A DNA stretch of 64,000 bases from Candidatus Multivorans sp. (GTDB taxonomy: Bacteria; Acidobacteriota; Thermoanaerobaculia; Multivoradales; Multivoraceae). Made by a program: the position numbers and the translations under genes. The stretch spans positions 416,001 through 480,000 of the forward strand of contig OZ251997.1 of assembly GCA_965247095.1 (NCBI GenBank), in the 5' to 3' direction. Shown here in pieces: positions 48,553 through 59,354 of this stretch. Within the stretch, counting starts at the first letter, position 1; the number at the start of each line of letters is the position of its first letter. Under the pieces are notes generated by a model. That model did no database searches and was not told where the DNA came from. It saw only the letters and a program-made list of their open reading frames with translations.

Positions 48553-49560
48553 GTGACTCCACTCAACCTCCGCGAACACGTCGCCGAACCGGCGAACCTC
48601 TGGATCCGTCACAGCTTCCCCCGTTGGCCCGCGGCCGGCAGCGGCAAGCTCTGGTGCGACTTCGCCACCGGCGGCCTGCCGCCATCGACCGTCGGGCCCT
48701 TGCCGGCCGCCGCCGAGGCCGCCGAAGGGGTGCACTCGGTGACCGATGTTGTGTACGTTCCCCCGCTACCGGCGGATCACGAGCACCTCCGTGCGCGCAT
48801 CGTCGAGGCCGCGGCTGGCGCCGGAGTGCCGCTCCTGATTCAAGTGGTGGCGAACATCCCGGTCGGCGGGTCGAGCCTCGGCGAGCTGGCCGCGCCAAGA
48901 CTTGCCGACCTGCCCCCCAACGCCGTCGTCGCAGTCGACCTCCTCGACGCCCTGGTCCGCCACGCTGCCGCGCTGCGAAGCGAGTTCAGGGAGCGTCGGC
49001 AGCCTGGCCTCCCGTTCGAACCGCGTCCGCTGGCCGGCGCGACCGTCGTCTGGCCGCTCGTTGCCGACTGGACCGACCAGCCGGGCCTCCTGGCGCCGGC
49101 GATGGCCCGACTCGCTGCCGCCGGCGCCCGCCGCGTCGTACCGCGCGCGATGCAGCTCGGCGCCCGCGAGCGGCGCCTGCTCGCCGAACGCCTGCAATCC
49201 ACCTGGCCCGAAGCCCTCGACGCCCTGTTTCACGGCGGCGATATACCACCCGACGTCGCGGCGTTCCAACGCGCCGCCGAAGCCGCGGGTCTCCAGCCCC
49301 GCCTGCCCCGGCCCCTGCCCGTGCCGCCCCTGCCGCCCAGGCTCCGCCGCACGCGCGAACTCGCCGGCCACCTGATCGAACTCGGCGACGCCGCCGGCGC
49401 CGAGCGTCCCGTGTACTACCGTGCCGCCCGCTTCCTCGACCGCGGCGAAGTCGACATCGACGCCGCCGCCCGCGAAGGCAACCTGAGCGTCTTGCCCTGG
49501 CTGGAGGAACTGGCCAGGGTGGCCGTGGAGGAGTGGCTGGCTACGAACCGCGGAAGCTAG
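48553..49560 (+). CDS. Hypothetical protein with PolX-like helical/HhH C-terminus
   Basis: GC-biased codon usage; C-terminal ELAGHL.ELG...YYRAARFLD...DI...AREGNL..LPWL resembles the PolX N-terminal domain; start uncertain. Confidence 0.6.
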   Translation: MTPLNLREHVAEPANLWIRHSFPRWPAAGSGKLWCDFATGGLPPSTVGPLPAAAEAAEGVHSVTDVVYVPPLPADHEHLRARIVEAAAGAGVPLLIQVVANIPVGGSSLGELAAPRLADLPPNAVVAVDLLDALVRHAAALRSEFRERRQPGLPFEPRPLAGATVVWPLVADWTDQPGLLAPAMARLAAAGARRVVPRAMQLGARERRLLAERLQSTWPEALDALFHGGDIPPDVAAFQRAAEAAGLQPRLPRPLPVPPLPPRLRRTRELAGHLIELGDAAGAERPVYYRAARFLDRGEVDIDAAAREGNLSVLPWLEELARVAVEEWLATNRGS

Positions 49561-49567
49561 GAAGTCC

Positions 49568-50251
49568 ATGCACCTGATCGTCTTCGACGTCGACGGGACG
49601 CTGGTCGAGTCGGACGAGTTCGATGGGGTCTTGTACGCCCAGGCGGTTCGGGACGTGCTCGACGTCGCGGTTGATGAGGACTGGTCCAGCTACCGGCACG
49701 TCACGGACAGCGGCATTCTGGACGAGATCCTCGATCGGCACGCCCTTGAGATGGACCGCTCCGTTGCCCATGCCTCAGTCAGGAAGGCCTTTGTCGCCCT
49801 GGTCCGCGACTATCTCAGCGATCGTAGTGGTCGACTACCGGAGGTCCCCGGCGCCAGAACCTTCGTGAACCGACTCATCGCGCACCCCGAAGTCACCGTA
49901 GCCGTTGCGACGGGCGGCTGGCGTGAGACCGCGGCGATGAAACTGCAAGCGATCGGCCTCGATCCCGAGGCGCTGCATCTGTCCTCCGCTTCGGATGCCA
50001 TCCGCCGGATCGAGATCATGCAGATTGCGGAGCGACGAGCGATGGCCGGCAAACCAGCCGACCGGAAGTTCTACTTCGGAAACCAGCCGTGGGACAGGGC
50101 AGCGAGTCGGAAGTTGGGTTGGGAGTTCATCGGGATCGGCGAACAGGTTGAGCATGTTCCTCGGTTTGAGGACTTTCTCGACCATGAGTCCATACTTGAG
50201 GTATTGGAGTTACCGCCGGCTTCGGCGCCGGCCCACGATGGGGGGACGTAG
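49568..50251 (+). CDS. HAD-family hydrolase
   Basis: IVFDVDGTL motif I, VATGG motif II, YFGN..WD motif IV-like. Confidence 0.88.
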   Translation: MHLIVFDVDGTLVESDEFDGVLYAQAVRDVLDVAVDEDWSSYRHVTDSGILDEILDRHALEMDRSVAHASVRKAFVALVRDYLSDRSGRLPEVPGARTFVNRLIAHPEVTVAVATGGWRETAAMKLQAIGLDPEALHLSSASDAIRRIEIMQIAERRAMAGKPADRKFYFGNQPWDRAASRKLGWEFIGIGEQVEHVPRFEDFLDHESILEVLELPPASAPAHDGGT

Positions 50252-50335
50252 GGGCCTGGGAAGTTGGTCCCCCTTCCGGTGAGATGGCGCCACTTGGCCA
50301 GGGCGCCTGCGTCACTGGTTTGGCGTGCGGACGCC

Positions 50336-51761
50336 TCAGGCGGCTTGCGGCTGGCGTTGGTCTCGCCTGATGACGCCCAGTCGCTCGCGAGCCACCACGG
50401 CCTCCAGGTGCGGCGGCGGTCGCCACAGGGACTCCATGACATAGCGCAGGTCCATCGGCCTGCCGTCCCAGGTGGGCATGGACTCCTTGCCGGTGACAGA
50501 ACGCCTGCGTCCTCCAGGTGCCGGACGAGCTCCTGGGCGGCGTAGGGGCCATGGACGGCGGCGCCGGGCAGTGCTCAAGCGGCCTGCCGCGACTGTCGAA
50601 GAACTGGGCGGCGCCCTCGTCGTTCATTCGCACGCTGCAGCCGCCTTCGTGGAGCAGGCGGTGGTGCCGCCGGCATAGGAGCACGAGGTTCGAGAGCTTC
50701 GTCTCGCCTCCGTCGGCCCAATGATGGACGTGATGGGCGTCGCAGTGCTGTGAAGTGCAGCCAGGGAAGCGGCAACTGCGGTCGCGGAACTCCAGGGCGC
50801 GCCGGATGGGGGGCGGAATGGTGCGGGTTTTGCGGCCAACGCTCAGGATCTCGCCATTTCGGTGGGTCATGCGCACCCTGCCGGCTTCGCAGGCGATCCG
50901 CCGGACTGTTTCCGCGGAAACAGGGACGCTGGAGGTGCCGAGCCAGGCGCTATGCGAGCAGGCGCCGTTCACCGGCGTTTCCGCGGAAACGCGACCGCCA
51001 CCTGCTTCCGCGGAAGCGCTTCCCGTCTGCGGCGCCGACGGCGTTTCCGCGGAAACGTGCGGCCCGTGGTCGGCGGACGTCGGTTCGGGTGCCTTGAGCT
51101 CTTCCTCGTTCACATGGACGACCACCTGATAACGGTCGCCGCTCTGTCCCGGCTCCAGCCCGCCTGCGAGCGCGCTCTCGGCCACCAGTGTCAGCGCATC
51201 GGCGCGCTGTTTGCCGACAGGCGGGCGGTCGTCGCGGCTCCTGTCGTACAGCTTCTCCCTCGCAGCCTTGAGAGCCTTCATCAGGACCTCGCCGGCCTCA
51301 GGCGCCAGCCGGCCCCGGATCACGAACGTGCCGTTCTCGTCGACGTGCGTCGTCAGGTGACTGGAGGCGTCGCGCAGGTCGTCGTCGTGGGTCTCAATCG
51401 TGCGGTCGATCCTCCGCCATGATCGGACGACTCGCTCGATGTGCGCCGCGGTGCCGGCCTTTCTGAGCTCCACGAGCGACTTCTCGGTGTCGGGCCGGGC
51501 GACGCGGGTCAGCGCCCTGACCTTGGACTACGAGAGTTCGCCTCGCCTCATCGCCTCGCTCAGGAGGGGCAGTTCGCTCAGGGCGCGAGCAACGCGGACC
51601 CGCTCGCGCGAGGCGCTGGGCGCCAGTCCGATGCGCCATGTGAGCCAGTGGGCGCAGGTCAGGAAGCCTTTACTCCAGCCCTCCTGCTCATCGAATCTGC
51701 GGATCAATACGAGGAGTTCGTAGGTCGCGGCGTCGATGCGCGTTGCGAGCGTGGCGATCTC
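50336..51761 (-). pseudogene. DUF222/HNH endonuclease pseudogene
   Basis: CAHWL.WR, GELS*SKVRA (in-frame TAG at 51528-51530), RD..CRFPGC...CDAHHVHHWADGGET.L.NL.LLC..HH..LHE; 3' frameshifts near 50500-50540; 5' end cut by IS3. Confidence 0.88.
50908..51056. repeat. Four 14-bp palindromes GTTTCCGCGGAAAC / GCTTCCGCGGAAGC (VSAET-type peptide repeats)
   Basis: Copies at 50908, 50977, 51004 (variant) and 51043. Confidence 0.9.
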
Positions 51762-51802
51762 TGGAGTTGCCCCGTTTTCGTGGACGGTTTGTGTTTGGAA
51801 AA

Positions 51803-52081
51803 TCAAGCAGCTTCGCGGTAGCTCTTCTCGAAGTTGACGGGTGATCGCTGTCCGATCGCGGAGTGACGACGATGGGTGTTGTACCAGCCCTCGATGTACC
51901 GGAAGAGCTCCGCCTTCGCTTCGGCATGATTCCGAAACCTGGTCCGGTCGAGCAGTTCGCACTCGAGGCTGGCAAAGAAGCTCTCCGCCATGGCGTTGTC
52001 GTAGCAGTCTCCGACGGAGCCCATCGAGAGCGCGATGCCGGCGTCGCGGCAGCGCTTCCCGAAGGTCAGGGAAGTGTACTG
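51803..52081 (-). pseudogene. IS3 orfB C-terminal fragment
   Basis: QYTS..F, SMGSVGDCYDNAMAESFF..LE.E, YIEGWYN..RRHSAIG..SP. Confidence 0.92.
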
Positions 52082-52170
52082 CTTGGGTTCAAGGGATCGT
52101 CGCAACGCTTGGACGTCCAGGTCCGGTTCCGGTCCTCCTACGGGCGGAGTCTATTGGTTAGCCGTCGCCG

Positions 52171-52348
52171 GGGCTGTGGGAGGTGTGGGAAACGCGGAGG
52201 TCCTCCGGAGCGTTTTCCAAGCGGCTGCGGAAATCGCCTCAGCGATTTCCGAGGGGCCTGTGGGAGAGCTGTGTGAAGCGGGCGGGGGCCCGGGGGCTTT
52301 GCACAGCTCTTCCACCAGACCCGGCAGACGCGACACCTTCCACAGCCC
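52171..52348 (+). ncRNA. Putative structured RNA/ssDNA element in the IS30 3' non-coding region
   Basis: 16-bp closing stem plus three internal stems; deviations from Watson-Crick pairing in the main stems are G-U on the + strand. Confidence 0.55.
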
Positions 52349-52431
52349 TCCGGGACCGGCCGGGCGCATGGATCGAAGGCGTGCTCCCTGGCGGTCAGAT
52401 TCGATTGGAATCCCCGGTCGTTCTCAGCCGC

Positions 52432-53802
52432 CTACGTGTGTACGAGCTCCTCAAAGACTTCGGCAGGCGTTCTCCAGCCGAGTGTCTTGCGGGGTCGGCT
52501 GTTGAGGGCGAGCGCGACCGCGGAGAGGTCGTCGCTGGAGTATCTGACCAGGTCAGTGCCCTTCGGGAAGTACTGGCGTAGCAGCCCATTGGTGTTCTCG
52601 TTGGTGCCCCTCTGCCAGGGGCTTTGCGGATCGCAGAAGTAGATCGCGATTCCGGTGTCGACGCGGAGTTGAGCGTGTTGAGCCATCTCGGCGCCCTGGT
52701 CCCAGGTCAAGGATCGCCGGAGGTGCTCGGGCAGCGTCGTGATCGACGCCGCGATCGCGTCACGGACGGCTTCTGCGCCGTGCCCGGCGAGCGCCGGCCC
52801 GTTCTTCACCCTCGATTCGTTGCCGTGGCCTTCCATACGGGGCAGGTGCAGCAGCATTGTGAAGCGCGTAGTCCGTTCGACGAGGGTGCCGATCGCTGAG
52901 CTCTCGAGCCCGACGATCAGGTCACCTTCCCAGTGGCCCGGTACGGCCCGGTCGCCGGCTTCGGCGGGGCGTTCGCTGATCATGATTCCCGGGGTCACAA
53001 ACTTCTTGCCTGACCTCCGAGTACGCGCACGCGGCACACGTAGCGCTCGCCCGGTTCGCAGGCACGCGACGAGCTCGCGCTTGAGGGCTCCTCGACCTTG
53101 GATGTAGAGCGCTTGGTAGATCGCCTCGTGAGAGATCCGCATCGACTCATCATGAGGAAAATCGATGCGAAGCCGATTCGAGATCTGCTCCGGGCTCCAC
53201 GACTTCGCCCAACGCCGATCCTGGCGGCGACCGTGCCGACGGCCAATCCAACGCACAGCCGGACCGGGTACCGGCTCCCCGTCAGGCCTTGCGATCAAGC
53301 CGGCGAGGCGGTCCTGCACGTACTCACGCAAGGCGTCGTTCGCGGCAAGCTTGGAGACCTTCGGCCGGCTGGCGCGCCGCTCCGCGTGCCACTGGGCAGT
53401 CGTCGCTCGATAGGCGACGCCACCACTTCGAGTCGACGCGTTGCGGCGCAGCTCCCGCGAAATCGTCGACGGTGAACGGCCCATGCGTCGGGCGATTTCA
53501 CGTACCCCAATGTGCTGAGCGTGAAGGATGGCGATCTCTTCCCGCTCGGCCAACGACAGATAACGCCCCGACACTGGAGCCAACGAAATAGGCGGCATTC
53601 CGCCAGCTTCCCTGAACCATCTCGATCCGACTGCCTGCGACACTCCAGCTTCCCGTGCAGCATCCTCGGTGGACGCCCCACGAACGATCGCCTCCCAGAA
53701 GCGGACCCGATCCTCGCGATGCGCTGTCGAGGGACGGCCCGGCGACCACATCTGCCCACGCATCTCACGAATCGCACGCCTACGCTTACCAACTCCCATC
53801 AC
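52432..53802 (-). CDS. IS30-family transposase
   Basis: LSLAEREEI, GRSPSTISRELRRN, WSPEQI, ISHEAIY, GHWEGDLI, LTWDQGAEM, QRGTNENTNGLLRQYFPKG. Confidence 0.96.
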   Translation of the reverse strand: MMGVGKRRRAIREMRGQMWSPGRPSTAHREDRVRFWEAIVRGASTEDAAREAGVSQAVGSRWFREAGGMPPISLAPVSGRYLSLAEREEIAILHAQHIGVREIARRMGRSPSTISRELRRNASTRSGGVAYRATTAQWHAERRASRPKVSKLAANDALREYVQDRLAGLIARPDGEPVPGPAVRWIGRRHGRRQDRRWAKSWSPEQISNRLRIDFPHDESMRISHEAIYQALYIQGRGALKRELVACLRTGRALRVPRARTRRSGKKFVTPGIMISERPAEAGDRAVPGHWEGDLIVGLESSAIGTLVERTTRFTMLLHLPRMEGHGNESRVKNGPALAGHGAEAVRDAIAASITTLPEHLRRSLTWDQGAEMAQHAQLRVDTGIAIYFCDPQSPWQRGTNENTNGLLRQYFPKGTDLVRYSSDDLSAVALALNSRPRKTLGWRTPAEVFEELVHT

Positions 53803-53848
53803 GAAACACCTCCATCACGAGATGTTGCGACGACCAGTTGAATCCACC

Positions 53849-54421
53849 CTGGCTGCCTTGATCCGAGTGGTGGATCACGTCCTCGGGTCTCCGCTGGGCG
53901 ATCGCCATCTTCAGCGCGCCGACCACGAGGTCGGTTGCCAGAGACGAATCCATGGCCCAGCCGACGATGCGCCGACTGAACGCGTCAAGGACGATCGCCA
54001 GGTACAGGAAACCGGCAAGGGTCGGCACGTAGGTGATGTCCGCGAGCCACAACCGGTCGGGGCCTTCGGCTGTGAACTCCCTCTCGACGAGGTCCGGCGC
54101 CGGGCGAGCTGACGGGGCGCGGCGCGTCGCCTTCGGCCGCTTGCGGCGGCTGATGCCCGCCAGACCGGACTCTCGCATGAGTCTGGCGACCCGCTTGCGG
54201 CTCACTGGGAACCCCTCGTCAGCCAACTCGGCCTGAATCCTCGGCGCACCGTAGGTCCCGCGGCTGCGTTCGTGGATCGCCCGCACGCGCTCCGCCAGAG
54301 CGCTGTCCGACTTCTCCCTGGCCGACCGCTCTCGCTTCAACCAGGCGTAGTACCCGCTCGTGGAGACCCCGAGCACTCGGGCCATCGTCGTGATCCGGAA
54401 CTCGGCCTGGTGCGCTCTCAT
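53849..54421 (-). pseudogene. IS3 orfB N-terminal fragment
   Basis: GVSTSGYY, SRGTYGAPRI, KRVARLM, W.ADITYV, LDAFSRRIVGW, HHSDQGSQ, followed by IS30 end sequence. Confidence 0.92.
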
Positions 54422-54726
54422 GAACCTGAAGACCGCTTCGGGCCCGTCTCCCGAGCGAACCAGGCCGTTGCTTTTGCCAGGATCTCCCGCTCCTCGCGCA
54501 ACCGGCGTACCTCCCGGCGCAGACGGCGCAACTCCTGGCGCTCCGCCGTCGTAGTGCCGTCCTGGCGGCGACCTTCGTCGCGGTCCGCCTGGGCCACCCA
54601 GTTACGCATCGACTGTGCTGAAGGCTCGAACTCGCGGGCCAGTTGGTCCGGGCTCCGCCCGGACCGGACCAGATCCACCATCTGCTGCCGGTACTCTGCC
54701 GGGTACCGACTCCTCTTTCTCGACAT
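54418..54726 (-). CDS. IS3 transposase OrfA
   Basis: YPAEYRQQMV.LV, LAREF, RNWV, ELRRLRRE...LREEREILAKA; GCAAAAG possible -1 frameshift site. Confidence 0.9.
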   Translation of the reverse strand: MSRKRSRYPAEYRQQMVDLVRSGRSPDQLAREFEPSAQSMRNWVAQADRDEGRRQDGTTTAERQELRRLRREVRRLREEREILAKATAWFARETGPKRSSGS

Positions 54727-54802
54727 CGTGGATACCTCCTCCGACAAGGATGTAGTGTCCACGAAACCGGGGCAAGCTCATACCTCCTCTTCCAAAAATG
54801 AG

Positions 54803-54828
54803 GTGTCCACAAAAAGGGGTCAAGCTCA
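54803..54828 (-). mobile_element. Orphan second IS3-type left end
   Basis: TGAGCTTGACCCCTTTTTGTGGACAC, similar to the IR at 54755-54780, followed by a GAGGAGGT RBS. Confidence 0.7.
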
Positions 54829-55034
54829 GAGCCTCCAACGCGGCAAACAGGAACCACATAGAGGCTCCGCGAACAGCACTCGCAGCAGGGGAGGGGAGGC
54901 GAACGCGAGAGGCGCTCGACCCGCCTGAATCGTCCGACTCGCGTGCCCTGATAGCATTCGCCAGTACGCGAGGGCCGAGTAACCGCCAGATCGGTCGGTA
55001 CTTGGTTCAACGAAACGCGAGATGAGGAAAGCGA

Positions 55035-55328
55035 ATGACCAAAACCGGTACGGTGGCTCCGCCCTGGAAACAGCATTCCGACAAGCGAGGGGCTGACTTC
55101 CGCATTATACGTCCGGGTGAAGGCGAAGGTCCCAAGGTCAACGATCATGCGTTCTTGGAGTCGCTAGAGGACCGCTGGCCGCTGCCGTCGCCTTTGCGAT
55201 GGGCTGTAAGTATGGGCAGTCAGTTGGCGATAATCGAGTGGGAGAGACAAGATAGAAGGCGCTGGCGTGTGGTCGAGTACAAGTTCATTCTGCAGAGCCT
55301 AGAAAGTGACACAAGATCCGTCATATAG
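55035..55328 (+). CDS. Hypothetical protein (AT-richer island)
   Basis: 97-aa ORF with GAGGAAAG upstream; no family recognised. Confidence 0.4.
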   Translation: MTKTGTVAPPWKQHSDKRGADFRIIRPGEGEGPKVNDHAFLESLEDRWPLPSPLRWAVSMGSQLAIIEWERQDRRRWRVVEYKFILQSLESDTRSVI

Positions 55329-55718
55329 TTTTGGTTTCTTAGTAGGATATGCGACACGAGTCAGTTTTTTCCGTGTGAACACGAATGGATTCGATCTCCA
55401 AACGACGACTTGGAGTCTAAGAGGATTGTCACGCTCAAGTGTGCCAAGTGCATGACCAAGGACTTTGTGCGACTGGACGTCGCGGCGGAGGTATTGCCAG
55501 AAGTCGATCTTCCGCGCCACGCTGGGGCGGATCGTCCGCATCGCGACCCGCTGACCTGCCAAGCGGCTGGTCGGCGAGCCGCAACAGCGTGTCCAACGAG
55601 GCCGCGCAGAGTGAGGGTCAGTGCCACGGCGAGAGTCCAGCACCTAGAAGTCAGCCATGGCAGCTAGCTAACTCGGGTAATGCTCGCCCCCTCATTCGTG
55701 CCAAACCGGAGGAAACCG

Positions 55719-56555
55719 ATGGCCACAGTTGACGACCTTCAAAGCGATGTCCAAGTAGTTCTGAATTCCATTCGACCATATATTGAGAGCATTAGCAGTC
55801 TGCGGTGGGGCCCGTCAGACGGGGCACTTACCATAGTGTTTCGATCTATGCTCCGTAGGCAATACGAGGCACTTGGCGTCACTTCTCATCTGATCGCCAA
55901 CTGGCAAGGATTCCCCGTACCCCAACTTCTGCGTCCCGCGTGCGAGGAATTTGTTTGGGCCAAGTACTTAACATCCATCCCGACTGCCGCTGCGGAAGTG
56001 CTTGTCAGGTGCGTCAATTCCAAGGAAGTACGTGATAGCTTGCGCGCTCAAGACCAGTGCGCCGGTAGATCTGCTACAAGGACTCTCGGACTACTCCCCT
56101 TTCTGGAAGAAGCAAACAATCGTGAGGCTTCCGAGCTTGAACTCTTGCGTTCCCTTGCAAGCAATCTGGATTGGCCGCCGGGAAGCAGAAAGACGGGGCG
56201 GATGCCCTCACTAAAGTGGCTTGCTAAGAAGACCAACGAGCTGGATACCTACGAGTTGATCTATCACTCGACGTCACGCTTCGTACATTTCAGCGCGGCC
56301 GAACTTACTCGAGGAGCTTGGTATGATCCGAACACAGGCGCCACGAGGATTAGTTATGCGCAGTTTCGGGAAGTACACGGTCACTTGGGCTTGTACTGGG
56401 GCCTGCTCTTGCTTGTTCAAACTTGGAACGAGGTGGACGAGTTCCTAGATGTGCGAGTTGAGATTGACGTTGCTAGGATTACCGAAGCGGTTTGTCGCAT
56501 TGGAGAGGCTGGTATACCTCCAATCATCACAGCAAAGGAGCTAGAGCGATCCTAG
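55719..56555 (+). CDS. DUF5677-like (HEPN-related) protein
   Basis: GGAGG RBS; LLR...E (LLRPACEEF) and Y...Y...S..VH (YELIYHSTSRFVH) pattern. Confidence 0.65.
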   Translation: MATVDDLQSDVQVVLNSIRPYIESISSLRWGPSDGALTIVFRSMLRRQYEALGVTSHLIANWQGFPVPQLLRPACEEFVWAKYLTSIPTAAAEVLVRCVNSKEVRDSLRAQDQCAGRSATRTLGLLPFLEEANNREASELELLRSLASNLDWPPGSRKTGRMPSLKWLAKKTNELDTYELIYHSTSRFVHFSAAELTRGAWYDPNTGATRISYAQFREVHGHLGLYWGLLLLVQTWNEVDEFLDVRVEIDVARITEAVCRIGEAGIPPIITAKELERS

Positions 56556-56947
56556 TGAGGATTCACAGTTGTTTTGCGGGTCCGACCGTGACGTAGCGGA
56601 ATTCTCTACTAATGCCTTCGACAAGAATGTCAAGCATATCATAGAGTATTGAAGATAGCGAAGTGGATTTAGAGGTTTGGCAGACCAGCAGTCACGATCG
56701 CTGGAACTGATTGGGAGAGGGATAGGCTCGAGTCGAGGAGCGCAGACGGCCCTCGGCTGGCGCGCTACCGTAGATGCGCACGAGATACTCGCCGGTGAAT
56801 GTCTGCAGGAACGAACGTTCGTCACGCTGCGCAGCGCCAGTTCGGCGACGAGGCTCGCGGCCTTCCCGCTTGGCCGTTCCTCGGCCTGAAGTCCGCCGGC
56901 ACGGAGGAACTCATCGGCATCGTCGGTAGACACTTGGGGTTGAGCTG

Positions 56948-57646
56948 ATGTCTTCCCAGGAGGAGTTCCTTGCACAAGGCGATACGGCGCCGTACTTCAA
57001 GTGTTGCTGCGGCGCGAGCGCCTTCTATGAAGCCGCAAAGCTCCTTGAACGGCAGATCCAATGTCGGGGCCTTAGGCCCAACGACAGGACGCTGGAAGGA
57101 GGTTCAGGCCCCATGCGGAAGTGGCAGGTCTGGGAAGCTCTCAAGGGCGCCAGCCACTTCAATGTGAGCGTCTCGTTGGAACTAGCCCTCAAGAGCCTCC
57201 TCATCCTGAACGAGCTGGAATGGCCGAAGGGTCCCAAGGGCCATCGGTACGAGGTGCTGTACGACAAGCTCAAGGAGAAGCGCCCAGAAATGGCGGCTTC
57301 AGCGGAGCAGTGCTACGACCGTGCGAAGAGTGAAGCGATGCACGTCGACTTCGTCCAACTTGTAACGGTCGAAATACTCCCGGGTTCTGAACCACAGGAA
57401 CTGCGGGTTCCAGATACTCCGGACTCCCTGCGGGAGTTCTTCTCGTACCTGAACGACGAGGTGGAGATCCAGGTGATACGGTACTCGTTCGAGAATGTCG
57501 GTCTCGGCGAGGCCCCGCGCCATTACTTACTGGACTTGGGAGTCGTCCTTTCTTTGGTCCGCGAGCTTCTTCACTTGAGTCTCAAGGCGGCACAGCAAGC
57601 CGGACTTCGCTTCCCCTGGCCGCCGAACCACCGGCCGCCGGCCTAG
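56948..57646 (+). CDS. HEPN-like domain protein
   Basis: SLELALKSLL...GH....LY..L...IRY.FE pattern. Confidence 0.6.
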   Translation: MSSQEEFLAQGDTAPYFKCCCGASAFYEAAKLLERQIQCRGLRPNDRTLEGGSGPMRKWQVWEALKGASHFNVSVSLELALKSLLILNELEWPKGPKGHRYEVLYDKLKEKRPEMAASAEQCYDRAKSEAMHVDFVQLVTVEILPGSEPQELRVPDTPDSLREFFSYLNDEVEIQVIRYSFENVGLGEAPRHYLLDLGVVLSLVRELLHLSLKAAQQAGLRFPWPPNHRPPA

Positions 57647-57811
57647 GGCCGGTCGCCTTGCCGGGGGGGGCAGGAGATGGTGCCGCCGAATCTCGGCAGA
57701 TCCCGCGAGCTCCCGTTAACGGAGTGTTGGCTCTGGCGTCGCTACTGCTGATTGCGCAGATTTCTCGCACGCTCTTGCGCGGATCTTTCGCATCTCTCTA
57801 CATATCTGGCC

Positions 57812-57837
57812 GCTTCCGGCGAGAGCCGGCCGGAAGC
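57812..57837. terminator. Hairpin downstream of lysS
   Basis: 9-bp stem GCTTCCGGC/GCCGGAAGC; no clear U tract. Confidence 0.35.
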
Positions 57838-57866
57838 CTGGGCACCCGGAGCGACGGCACCCACCG

Positions 57867-59351
<1,485 letters not shown>

Positions 59352-59354
59352 GGC

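Larger units (their letters stand above)
52082..53848 (-). mobile_element. IS30-family element with 3-bp target duplication (CAG on minus strand)
   Basis: Imperfect IRs GGTGGATTCAACTGGTCGTCGCAAC / CTTGGGTTCAAGGGATCGTCGCAAC; CTG at 52079-52081 and 53849-53851; removal restores IS3 HSDQGSQYTS. Confidence 0.9.
51762..54780 (-). mobile_element. IS3-family element interrupted by an IS30-family element
   Basis: Terminal IRs TGAGCTTGCCCCGGTTTCGTGGAC (54780, minus strand) and TGGAGTTGCCCCGTTTTCGTGGAC (51762); orfA/orfB organisation; no matching TSD. Confidence 0.92.

Noticed and set aside
50908-51056. Palindromic repeats with variable spacers as a mini-CRISPR
   Set aside because: Repeats are only 14 bp, irregularly spaced and in frame within the HNH gene.
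51528-51530. In-frame TAG in the HNH gene as pyrrolysine or recoding
   Set aside because: It replaces an expected Tyr codon by one substitution, and the gene also has frameshifts and an IS truncation, so it is simple decay.
55410-55667. Short CxxC ORF as ribosomal protein L33 or a zinc finger
   Set aside because: Only one CxxC in a convincing context and the rest does not match; left unannotated.
57676-57720. tRNA-3'-end-like or att-like sequence (reverse strand ends GGCACCA) at the island border
   Set aside because: No T-loop GTTCRA, no cloverleaf and no second copy found in the window.
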